Assembly: GCA_964057225.1 (NCBI GenBank)
Contig: OZ059900.1
Span: 12,896,001 to 12,960,000, forward strand
Direction: 5' to 3'
DNA length: 64,000 bases
From: Auanema rhodensis
Lineage: Eukaryota; Animalia; Nematoda
The notes under the pieces are model-generated. The model worked only from the letters and a program-made list of their open reading frames with translations. It ran no database searches and was not told the DNA's origin. The position numbers and the translations under genes are program-made. Below, one piece after another: positions 24,304 through 37,200 of the stretch. How positions within the stretch are numbered: the stretch's first letter is position 1; the number at the start of each line of letters is the position of its first letter.

Positions 24304-24999
24304 AATAAAAAAAAAACAAAAAAAAAAGAATTAGTATACTGTTTTAAATGTAAAAAATATAGTGATACTACTTACATATTTAATGTTGAAACAAGCTCGA
24401 AACGTTCTATGATAAAAGGGTTATGCCAAGATTGTAATACAATGAAGTGTAAGCTAATTCCAACAATCACAGGAGGTTCTGGATTAGAAGATATCAAGGA
24501 GGTTGAAATTCTTAGACAATCCACAAGATCCGAAGGTGAAAGAGATCTTTTAGAAAAAGCTTATTATTCTCCTAAAACAGGTTTCTGCGGTATCAATGAA
24601 CTATCAAGAGTAGCAAAGGTGTCACAGAAAAAGGTTAAAGAGTTTCTGAATGAACAAGATGTTTACACTCTATACAAACCAATTAGGAAGAACTTCAAGA
24701 GTCAAAGAGTTTACTTCAATGGAATTAATGATCAATGGCAATCAGATCTCGTAGAAATGATTTCCTACGCGGAAGAAAATAAAGGCTATAGATATCTTTT
24801 AACAATTATAGATTGTTTCAGTAAGTTTGCATGGGTAGTACCATTAAAAACTAAGACAGGTAAAGAAACTACAGATGCTTTGGAATCTATCTTTACAAAA
24901 AGTAAAAGAAAACCAAAAAAGATGCAAACTGATAATGGTAAGGAATATTATAATAAAGAAATGAATAAATTATTTAAATCTTTAGAAATTAATCACTAA
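24304..24999 (+). pseudogene. Maverick/Polinton-type retroviral-like (rve, DDE) integrase, 3'-truncated, with N-terminal CxxC..CxxC Zn-ribbon (first ATG at 24409)
   Basis: The motifs YYSPKTGFCG, QDVYTLYKPIRKNF, NDQWQSDL, YRYLLTIIDCFSKFAWVVPLKTKTG and PKKMQTDNGKEY match the Polinton integrase pattern. Two catalytic Asp are present; the Glu-bearing helix is missing. The TAA stop is supplied by the SL repeat. The frame is open from 24304 and encodes YCFKCKK before the ATG. Confidence 0.9.
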
Positions 25000-25015
25000 C
25001 TTGGGTAATTAAACC
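24996..25015 (-). ncRNA. Truncated SL gene: first 20 nt of leader fused to antisense integrase sequence
   Basis: The minus strand reads GGTTTAATTACCCAAGTTAG|TGATTAATTTCTAAAG. The upstream spacer (25016-25201) is intact; the donor, Sm site and hairpins are absent. Confidence 0.9.
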
Positions 25016-25201
25016 AAATCTATTCAGGAAACTTATGAACTGTTCTAGCCTATCGCCGTATATGTGATCAGTGTACAAAGCTATACAAAGCTTTATCCGG
25101 TCAAACTATAATGTAAAAGACGCGTCATGTTCATATTCAAATTTGTTTTGCTTTGGCATCTATAGTGTCATATAATCATACTAAGACAGACAGTTTTCAA
25201 T

Positions 25202-25296
25202 ATTGCACACTCATGGTGTGCTTTCCAAAATGTATTTCCAACTCAGAAGTTCTCTGGTTAGATTGAGATACTACCTCTAACTTGGGTAATTAAACC
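25202..25296 (-). ncRNA. SL1: First complete SL1-like RNA gene of the main array (representative copy)
   Basis: Minus strand: GGTTTAATTACCCAAGTTAGAG|GTAGTATCTCAA-TCTAACCAGAGAACTTCTGAGTTGGA-AATACATTTTGGAAA-GCACACCATGAGTGTGC-AAT, about 95 nt. The order of parts matches C. elegans SL1 RNA: leader, donor, stem II, Sm site, stem III. Confidence 0.92.
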
Positions 25297-28200
25297 AAAT
25301 CTATTCAGGAAACTTATGAACTGTTCTAGCCTATCGCCGTATATGTGATCAGTGTACAAAGCTATACAAAGCTTTATCCGGTCAAACTATAATGTAAAAG
25401 ACGCGTCATGTTCATATTCAAATTTGTTTTGCTTTGGCATCTATAGGGTCATATAATCATACTAAGACAGACAGTTTTCAATATTGCACACTCATGGTGT
25501 GCTTTCCAAAATGTATTTCCAACTCAGAAGTTCTCTGGTTAGATTGAGATACTACCTCTAACTTGGGTATTTAAACCAAATCTATTCAGGAAACTTATGA
25601 ACTGTTCTAGCCTATCGCCGTATATGTGATCAGTGTACAAAGCTATACAAAGCTTTATCCGGTCAAACTATAATGTAAAAGACGCGTCATGTTCATATTC
25701 AAATTTGTTTTGCTTTGGCATCTATAGTGTCATATAATCATACTAAGACAGACAGTTTTCAATATTGCACACTCATGGTGTGCTTTCCAAAATGTATTTC
25801 CAACTCAGAAGTTCTCTGGTTAGATTGAGATACTACCTCTAACTTGGGTAATTAAACCAAATCTATTCAGGAAACTTATGAACTGTTCTAGCCTATCGCC
25901 GTATAAGTGATCAGTGTACAAAGCTATACAAAGCTTTATCCAGTCAAACTATGATGTAAAAGACGCGTCATGTTCATATTCAAATTTGTTTTGCTTTGGC
26001 ATCTATAGTGTCATATAATCATACTAAGACAGACAGTTTTCAATATTGCACACTCATGGTGTGCTTTCCAAAATGTATTTCCAACTCAGAAGTTCTCTGG
26101 TTAGATTGAGATACTACCTCTAACTTGGGTAATTAAACCAAATCTATTCAGGAAACTTATGAACTGTTCTAGCCTATCGCCGTATATGTGATCAGTGTAC
26201 CAAGCTATACAAAGCTTTATCCGGTCAAACTATAATGTAAAAGACGCGTCATGTTCATATTCAAATTTGTTTTGCTTTGGCATCTATAGGGTCATATAAT
26301 CATACTAAGACAGACAGTTTTCAATATTGCACACTCATGGTGTGCTTTCCAAAATGTATTTCCAACTCAGAAGTTCTCTGGTTAGATTGAGATACTACCT
26401 CTAACTTGGGTAATTAAACCAAATCTATTCAGGAAACTTATGAACTGTTCTAGCCTATCGCCGTATATGTGATCAGTGTACAAAGCTATACAAAGCTTTA
26501 TCCGGTCAAACTATGATGTAAAAGACGCGTCATGTTCATATTCAAATTTGTTTTGCTTTGGCATCTATAGTGTCATATAATCATACTAAGACAGACAGTT
26601 TTCAATATTGCACACTCATGGTGTGCTTTCCAAAATGTATTTCCAACTCAGAAGTTCTCTGGTTAGATTGAGATACTACCTCTAACTTGGGTAATTAAAC
26701 CAAATCTATTCAGGAAACTTATGAACTGTTCTAGCCTATCGCCGTATATGTGATCAGTGTACCAAGCTATACAAAGCTTTATCCGGTCAAACTATAATGT
26801 AAAAGACGCGTCATGTTCATATTCAAATTTGTTTTGCTTTGGCATCTATAGGGTCATATAATCATACTAAGACAGACAGTTTTCAATATTGCACACTCAT
26901 GGTGTGCTTTCCAAAATGTATTTCCAACTCAGAAGTTCTCTGGTTAGATTGAGATACTACCTCTAACTTGGGTAATTAAACCAAATCTATTCAGGAAACT
27001 TATGAACTGTTCTAGCCTATCGCCGTATATGTGATCAGTGTACAAAGCTATACAAAGCTTAATCCGGTCAAACTATAATGTAAAAGACGCGTCATGTTCA
27101 TATTCAAATTTGTTTTGCTTTGGCATCTATAGTGTCATATAATCATACTAAGACAGACAGTTTTCAATATTGCACACTCATGGTGTGCTTTCCAAAATGT
27201 ATTTCCAACTCAGAAGTTCTCTGGTTAGATTGAGATACTACCTCTAACTTGGGTAATTAAACCAAATCTATTCAGGAAACTTATGAACTGTTCTAGCCTA
27301 TCGCCGTATATGTGATCAGTGTACAAAGCTATACAAAGCTTTATCCGGTCAAACTATAATGTAAAAGACGCGTCATGTTCATATTCAAATTTGTTTTGCT
27401 TTGGCATCTATAGTGTCATATAATCATACTAAGACAGACAGTTTTCAATATTGCACACTCATGGTGTGCTTTCCAAAATGTATTTCCAACTCAGAAGTTC
27501 TCTGGTTAGATTGAGATACTACCTCTAACTTGGGTAATTAAACCAAATCTATTCAGGAAACTTATGAACTGTTCTAGCCTATCGCCGTATAAGTGATCAG
27601 TGTACAAAGCTATACAAAGCTTTATCCAGTCAAACTATAATGTAAAAGACGCGTCATGTTCATATTCAAATTTGTTTTGCTTTGGCATCTATAGTGTCAT
27701 ATAATCATACTAAGACAGACAGTTTTCAATATTGCACACTCATGGTGTGCTTTCCAAAATGTATTTCCAACTCAGAAGTTCTCTGGTTAGATTGAGATAC
27801 TACCTCTAACTTGGGTAATTAAACCAAATCTATTCAGGAAACTTATGAACTGTTCTAGCCTATCGCCGTATAAGTGATCAGTGTACAAAGCTATACAAAG
27901 CTTTATCCAGTCAAACTATAATGTAAAAGACGCGTCATGTTCATATTCAAATTTGTTTTGCTTTGGCATCTATAGTGTCATATAATCATACTAAGACAGA
28001 CAGTTTTCAATATTGCACACTCATGGTGTGCTTTCCAAAATGTATTTCCAACTCAGAAGTTCTCTGGTTAGATTGAGATACTACCTCTAACTTGGGTAAT
28101 TAAACCAAATCTATTCAGGAAACTTATGAACTGTTCTAGCCTATCGCCGTATAAGTGATCAGTGTACAAAGCTATACAAAGCTTTATCCAGTCAAACTAT

Positions 28201-31200
28201 AATGTAGAAGACGCGTCATGTTCATAATCAAATTCATATTGCTTAATCATCTATAGTGTCATATAATCATACTAAGACAGACAGTTTTCAATATTGCACA
28301 CTCATGGTGTGCTTTCCAAAATGTATTTCCAACTCAGAAGTTCTCTGGTTAGATTGAGGTACTACCTCTAACTTGGGTAATTAAACCAAATCTATTCAGG
28401 AAACTTATGAACTGTTCTAGCCTATCGCCGTATAAGTGATCAGTGTACAAAGCTATACAAAGCTTTATCCAGTCAAACTATAATGTAGAAGACGCGTCAT
28501 GTTCATAATCAAATTCATATTGCTTAATCATCTATAGTGTCATATAATCATACTAAGACAGACAGTTTTCAATATTGCACACTCATGGTGTGCTTTCCAA
28601 AATGTATTTCCAACTCAGAAGTTCTCTGGTTAGATTGAGATACTACCTCTAACTTGGGTAATTAAACCAAATCTATTCAGGAAACTTATGAACTGTTCTA
28701 GCCTATCGCCGTATATGTGATCAGTGTACAAAGCTATACAAAGCTTTATCCGGTCAAACTATAATGTAAAAGACGCGTCATGTTCATATTCAAATTTGTT
28801 TTGCTTTGGCATCTATAGGGTCATATAATCATACTAAGACAGACAGTTTTCAATATTGCACACTCATGGTGTGCTTTCCAAAATGTATTTCCAACTCAGA
28901 AGTTCTCTGGTTAGATTGAGATACTACCTCTAACTTGGGTATTTAAACCAAATCTATTCAGGAAACTTATGAACTGTTCTAGCCTATCGCCGTATATGTG
29001 ATCAGTGTACAAAGCTATACAAAGCTTTATCCGGTCAAACTATAATGTAAAAGACGCGTCATGTTCATATTCAAATTTGTTTTGCTTTGGCATCTATAGT
29101 GTCATATAATCATACTAAGACAGACAGTTTTCAATATTGCACACTCATGGTGTGCTTTCCAAAATGTATTTCCAACTCAGAAGTTCTCTGGTTAGATTGA
29201 GATACTACCTCTAACTTGGGTAATTAAACCAAATCTATTCAGGAAACTTATGAACTGTTCTAGCCTATCGCCGTATAAGTGATCAGTGTACAAAGCTATA
29301 CAAAGCTTTATCCAGTCAAACTATGATGTAAAAGACGCGTCATGTTCATATTCAAATTTGTTTTGCTTTGGCATCTATAGTGTCATATAATCATACTAAG
29401 ACAGACAGTTTTCAATATTGCACACTCATGGTGTGCTTTCCAAAATGTATTTCCAACTCAGAAGTTCTCTGGTTAGATTGAGATACTACCTCTAACTTGG
29501 GTAATTAAACCAAATCTATTCAGGAAACTTATGAACTGTTCTAGCCTATCGCCGTATATGTGATCAGTGTACCAAGCTATACAAAGCTTTATCCGGTCAA
29601 ACTATAATGTAAAAGACGCGTCATGTTCATATTCAAATTTGTTTTGCTTTGGCATCTATAGGGTCATATAATCATACTAAGACAGACAGTTTTCAATATT
29701 GCACACTCATGGTGTGCTTTCCAAAATGTATTTCCAACTCAGAAGTTCTCTGGTTAGATTGAGATACTACCTCTAACTTGGGTAATTAAACCAAATCTAT
29801 TCAGGAAACTTATGAACTGTTCTAGCCTATCGCCGTATATGTGATCAGTGTACAAAGCTATACAAAGCTTTATCCGGTCAAACTATGATGTAAAAGACGC
29901 GTCATGTTCATATTCAAATTTGTTTTGCTTTGGCATCTATAGTGTCATATAATCATACTAAGACAGACAGTTTTCAATATTGCACACTCATGGTGTGCTT
30001 TCCAAAATGTATTTCCAACTCAGAAGTTCTCTGGTTAGATTGAGATACTACCTCTAACTTGGGTAATTAAACCAAATCTATTCAGGAAACTTATGAACTG
30101 TTCTAGCCTATCGCCGTATATGTGATCAGTGTACCAAGCTATACAAAGCTTTATCCGGTCAAACTATAATGTAAAAGACGCGTCATGTTCATATTCAAAT
30201 TTGTTTTGCTTTGGCATCTATAGGGTCATATAATCATACTAAGACAGACAGTTTTCAATATTGCACACTCATGGTGTGCTTTCCAAAATGTATTTCCAAC
30301 TCAGAAGTTCTCTGGTTAGATTGAGATACTACCTCTAACTTGGGTAATTAAACCAAATCTATTCAGGAAACTTATGAACTGTTCTAGCCTATCGCCGTAT
30401 ATGTGATCAGTGTACAAAGCTATACAAAGCTTAATCCGGTCAAACTATAATGTAAAAGACGCGTCATGTTCATATTCAAATTTGTTTTGCTTTGGCATCT
30501 ATAGTGTCATATAATCATACTAAGACAGACAGTTTTCAATATTGCACACTCATGGTGTGCTTTCCAAAATGTATTTCCAACTCAGAAGTTCTCTGGTTAG
30601 ATTGAGATACTACCTCTAACTTGGGTAATTAAACCAAATCTATTCAGGAAACTTATGAACTGTTCTAGCCTATCGCCGTATATGTGATCAGTGTACAAAG
30701 CTATACAAAGCTTTATCCGGTCAAACTATAATGTAAAAGACGCGTCATGTTCATATTCAAATTTGTTTTGCTTTGGCATCTATAGTGTCATATAATCATA
30801 CTAAGACAGACAGTTTTCAATATTGCACACTCATGGTGTGCTTTCCAAAATGTATTTCCAACTCAGAAGTTCTCTGGTTAGATTGAGATACTACCTCTAA
30901 CTTGGGTAATTAAACCAAATCTATTCAGGAAACTTATGAACTGTTCTAGCCTATCGCCGTATAAGTGATCAGTGTACAAAGCTATACAAAGCTTTATCCA
31001 GTCAAACTATAATGTAAAAGACGCGTCATGTTCATATTCAAATTTGTTTTGCTTTGGCATCTATAGTGTCATATAATCATACTAAGACAGACAGTTTTCA
31101 ATATTGCACACTCATGGTGTGCTTTCCAAAATGTATTTCCAACTCAGAAGTTCTCTGGTTAGATTGAGATACTACCTCTAACTTGGGTAATTAAACCAAA

Positions 31201-34200
31201 TCTATTCAGGAAACTTATGAACTGTTCTAGCCTATCGCCGTATAAGTGATCAGTGTACAAAGCTATACAAAGCTTTATCCAGTCAAACTATAATGTAAAA
31301 GACGCGTCATGTTCATATTCAAATTTGTTTTGCTTTGGCATCTATAGTGTCATATAATCATACTAAGACAGACAGTTTTCAATATTGCACACTCATGGTG
31401 TGCTTTCCAAAATGTATTTCCAACTCAGAAGTTCTCTGGTTAGATTGATATACTACCTCTAACTTGGGTAATTAAACCAAATCTATTCAGGAAACTTATG
31501 AACTGTTCTAGCGTATCGCCGTATAAGTGATCAGTGTACAAAGCTATACAAAGCTTTATCCGGTCAAACTATGATGTAAAAGACGCGTCATGTTCATATT
31601 CAAATTTGTTTTGCTTTGGCATCTATAGTGTCATATAATCATACTAAGACAGACAGTTTTCAATATTGCACACTCATGGTGTGCTTTCCAAAATGTATTT
31701 CCAACTCAGAAGTTCTCTGGTTAGATTGAGATACTACCTCTAACTTGGGTAATTAAACCAAATCTATTCAGGAAACTTATGAACTGTTCTAGCCTATCGC
31801 CGTATATGTGATCAGTGTACCAAGCTATACAAAGCTTTATCCGGTCAAACTATAATGTAAAAGACGCGTCATGTTCATATTCAAATTTGTTTTGCTTTGG
31901 CATCTATAGGGTCATATAATCATACTAAGACAGACAGTTTTCAATATTGCACACTCATGGTGTGCTTTCCAAAATGTATTTCCAACTCAGAAGTTCTCTG
32001 GTTAGATTGAGATACTACCTCTAACTTGGGTAATTAAACCAAATCTATTCAGGAAACTTATGAACTGTTCTAGCCTATCGCCGTATATGTGATCAGTGTA
32101 CAAAGCTATACAAAGCTTAATCCGGTCAAACTATAATGTAAAAGACGCGTCATGTTCATATTCAAATTTGTTTTGCTTTGGCATCTATAGTGTCATATAA
32201 TCATACTAAGACAGACAGTTTTCAATATTGCACACTCATGGTGTGCTTTCCAAAATGTATTTCCAACTCAGAAGTTCTCTGGTTAGATTGAGATACTACC
32301 TCTAACTTGGGTAATTAAACCAAATCTATTCAGGAAACTTATGAACTGTTCTAGCCTATCGCCGTATATGTGATCAGTGTACAAAGCTATACAAAGCTTT
32401 ATCCGGTCAAACTATAATGTAAAAGACGCGTCATGTTCATATTCAAATTTGTTTTGCTTTGGCATCTATAGTGTCATATAATCATACTAAGACAGACAGT
32501 TTTCAATATTGCACACTCATGGTGTGCTTTCCAAAATGTATTTCCAACTCAGAAGTTCTCTGGTTAGATTGAGATACTACCTCTAACTTGGGTAATTAAA
32601 CCAAATCTATTCAGGAAACTTATGAACTGTTCTAGCCTATCGCCGTATAAGTGATCAGTGTACAAAGCTATACAAAGCTTTATCCAGTCAAACTATAATG
32701 TAAAAGACGCGTCATGTTCATATTCAAATTTGTTTTGCTTTGGCATCTATAGTGTCATATAATCATACTAAGACAGACAGTTTTCAATATTGCACACTCA
32801 TGGTGTGCTTTCCAAAATGTATTTCCAACTCAGAAGTTCTCTGGTTAGATTGAGATACTACCTCTAACTTGGGTAATTAAACCAAATCTATTCAGGAAAC
32901 TTATGAACTGTTCTAGCCTATCGCCGTATAAGTGATCAGTGTACAAAGCTATACAAAGCTTTATCCAGTCAAACTATAATGTAAAAGACGCGTCATGTTC
33001 ATATTCAAATTTGTTTTGCTTTGGCATCTATAGGGTCATATAATCATACTAAGACAGACAGTTTTCAATATTGCACACTCATGGTGTGCTTTCCAAAATG
33101 TATTTCCAACTCAGAAGTTCTCTGGTTAGATTGAGATACTACCTCTAACTTGGGTAATTAAACCAAATCTATTCAGGAAACTTATGAACTGTTCTAGCCT
33201 ATCGCCGTATATGTGATCAGTGTACAAAGCTATACAAAGCTTTATCCGGTCAAACTATGATGTAAAAGACGCGTCATGTTCATATTCAAATTTGTTTTGC
33301 TTTGGCATCTATAGGGTCATATAATCATACTAAGACAGACAGTTTTCAATATTGCACACTCATGGTGTGCTTTCCAAAATGTATTTCCAACTCAGAAGTT
33401 CTCTGGTTAGATTGAGATACTACCTCTAACTTGGGTAATTAAACCAAATCTATTCAGGAAACTTATGAACTGTTCTAGCCTATCGCCGTATAAGTGATCA
33501 GTGTACAAAGCTATACAAAGCTTTATCCAGTCAAACTATAATGTAGAAGACGCGTCATGTTCATAATCAAATTCATATTGCTTAATCATCTATAGTGTCA
33601 TATAATCATACTAAGACAGACAGTTTTCAATATTGCACACTCATGGTGTGCTTTCCAAAATGTATTTCCAACTCAGAAGTTCTCTGGTTAGATTGAGGTA
33701 CTACCTCTAACTTGGGTAATTAAACCAAATCTATTCAGGAAACTTATGAACTGTTCTAGCCTATCGCCGTATAAGTGATCAGTGTACAAAGCTATACAAA
33801 GCTTTATCCAGTCAAACTATAATGTAAAAGACGCGTCATGTTCATATTCAAATTTGTTTTGCTTTGGCATCTATAGTGTCATATAATCATACTAAGACAG
33901 ACAGTTTTCAATATTGCACACTCATGGTGTGCTTTCCAAAATGTATTTCCAACTCAGAAGTTCTCTGGTTAGATTGAGATACTACCTCTAACTTGGGTAA
34001 TTAAACCAAATCTATTCAGGAAACTTATGAACTGTTCTAGCCTATCGCCGTATAAGTGATCAGTGTACAAAGCTATACAAAGCTTTATCCAGTCAAACTA
34101 TAATGTAGAAGACGCGTCATGTTCATAATCAAATTCATATTGCTTAATCATCTATAGTGTCATATAATCATACTAAGACAGACAGTTTTCAATATTGCAC

Positions 34201-37200
34201 ACTCATGGTGTGCTTTCCAAAATGTATTTCCAACTCAGAAGTTCTCTGGTTAGATTGAGGTACTACCTCTAACTTGGGTAATTAAACCAAATCTATTCAG
34301 GAAACTTATGAACTGTTCTAGCCTATCGCCGTATAAGTGATCAGTGTACAAAGCTATACAAAGCTTTATCCAGTCAAACTATAATGTAGAAGACGCGTCA
34401 TGTTCATAATCAAATTCATATTGCTTAATCATCTATAGTGTCATATAATCATACTAAGACAGACAGTTTTCAATATTGCACACTCATGGTGTGCTTTCCA
34501 AAATGTATTTCCAACTCAGAAGTTCTCTGGTTAGATTGAGATACTACCTCTAACTTGGGTAATTAAACCAAATCTATTCAGGAAACTTATGAACTGTTCT
34601 AGCCTATCGCCGTATAAGTGATCAGTGTACAAAGCTATACAAAGCTTTATCCAGTCAAACTATAATGTAGAAGACGCGTCATGTTCATAATCAAATTCAT
34701 ATTGCTTAATCATCTATAGTGTCATATAATCATACTAAGACAGACAGTTTTCAATATTGCACACTCATGGTGTGCTTTCCAAAATGTATTTCCAACTCAG
34801 AAGTTCTCTGGTTAGATTGAGATACTACCTCTAACTTGGGTAATTAAACCAAATCTATTCAGGAAACTTATGAACTGTTCTAGCCTATCGCCGTATAAGT
34901 GATCAGTGTACAAAGCTATACAAAGCTTTATCCAGTCAAACTATAATGTAGAAGACGCGTCATGTTCATAATCAAATTCATATTGCTTAATCATCTATAG
35001 TGTCATATAATCATACTAAGACAGACAGTTTTCAATATTGCACACTCATGGTGTGCTTTCCAAAATGTATTTCCAACTCAGAAGTTCTCTGGTTAGATTG
35101 AGATACTACCTCTAACTTGGGTAATTAAACCAAATCTATTCAGGAAACTTATGAACTGTTCTAGCCTATCGCCGTATAAGTGATCAGTGTACAAAGCTAT
35201 ACAAAGCTTTATCCAGTCAAACTATAATGTAGAAGACGCGTCATGTTCATAATCAAATTCATATTGCTTAATCATCTATAGTGTCATATAATCATACTAA
35301 GACAGACAGTTTTCAATATTGCACACTCATGGTGTGCTTTCCAAAATGTATTTCCAACTCAGAAGTTCTCTGGTTAGATTGAGATACTACCTCTAACTTG
35401 GGTAATTAAACCAAATCTATTCAGGAAACTTATGAACTGTTCTAGCCTATCGCCGTATAAGTGATCAGTGTACAAAGCTATACAAAGCTTTATCCAGTCA
35501 AACTATAATGTAGAAGACGCGTCATGTTCATAATCAAATTCATATTGCTTAATCATCTATAGTGTCATATAATCATACTAAGACAGACAGTTTTCAATAT
35601 TGCACACTCATGGTGTGCTTTCCAAAATGTATTTCCAACTCAGAAGTTCTCTGGTTAGATTGAGGTACTACCTCTAACTTGGGTAATTAAACCAAATCTA
35701 TTCAGGAAACTTATGAACTGTTCTAGCCTATCGCCGTATAAGTGATCAGTGTACAAAGCTATACAAAGCTTTATCCAGTCAAACTATAATGTAAAAGACG
35801 CGTCATGTTCATATTCAAATTTGTTTTGCTTTGGCATCTATAGTGTCATATAATCATACTAAGACAGACAGTTTTCAATATTGCACACTCATGGTGTGCT
35901 TTCCAAAATGTATTTCCAACTCAGAAGTTCTCTGGTTAGATTGAGATACTACCTCTAACTTGGGTAATTAAACCAAATCTATTCAGGAAACTTATGAACT
36001 GTTCTAGCCTATCGCCGTATAAGTGATCAGTGTACAAAGCTATACAAAGCTTTATCCAGTCAAACTATAATGTAAAAGACGCGTCATGTTCATATTCAAA
36101 TTTGTTTTGCTTTGGCATCTATAGTGTCATATAATCATACTAAGACAGACAGTTTTCAATATTGCACACTCATGGTGTGCTTTCCAAAATGTATTTCCAA
36201 CTCAGAAGTTCTCTGGTTAGATTGAGATACTACCTCTAACTTGGGTAATTAAACCAAATCTATTCAGGAAACTTATGAACTGTTCTAGCCTATCGCCGTA
36301 TATGTGATCAGTGTACAAAGCTATACAAAGCTTTATCCAGTCAAACTATAATGTAAAAGACGCGTCATGTTCATATTCAAATTTGTTTTGCTTTGGCATC
36401 TATAGTGTCATATAATCATACTAAGACAGACAGTTTTCAATATTGCACACTCATGGTGTGCTTTCCAAAATGTATTTCCAACTCAGAAGTTCTCTGGTTA
36501 GATTGAGATACTACCTCTAACTTGGGTAATTAAACCAAATCTATTCAGGAAACTTATGAACTGTTCTAGCCTATCGCCGTATATGTGATCAGTGTACAAA
36601 GCTATACAAAGCTTTATCCGGTCAAACTATAATGTAAAAGACGCGTCATGTTCATATTCAAATTTGTTTTGCTTTGGCATCTATAGTGTCATATAATCAT
36701 ACTAAGACAGACAGTTTTCAATATTGCACACTCATGGTGTGCTTTCCAAAATGTATTTCCAACTCAGAAGTTCTCTGGTTAGATTGAGATACTACCTCTA
36801 ACTTGGGTAATTAAACCAAATCTATTCAGGAAACTTATGAACTGTTCTAGCCTATCGCCGTATAAGTGATCAGTGTACAAAGCTATACAAAGCTTTATCC
36901 AGTCAAACTATAATGTAAAAGACGCGTCATGTTCATATTCAAATTTGTTTTGCTTTGGCATCTATAGTGTCATATAATCATACTAAGACAGACAGTTTTC
37001 AATATTGCACACTCATGGTGTGCTTTCCAAAATGTATTTCCAACTCAGAAGTTCTCTGGTTAGATTGAGGTACTACCTCTAACTTGGGTAATTAAACCAA
37101 ATCTATTCAGGAAACTTATGAACTGTTCTAGCCTATCGCCGTATAAGTGATCAGTGTACAAAGCTATACAAAGCTTTATCCGGTCAAACTATAATGTAAA

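Noticed and set aside
24409-24999. LTR-retrotransposon pol or bacterial IS transposase
   Set aside because: There is no RT/RNase H upstream and no HHCC motif. The N-terminal YY.P..G and YTL.KP.RK.F motifs fit Maverick/Polinton integrases better.
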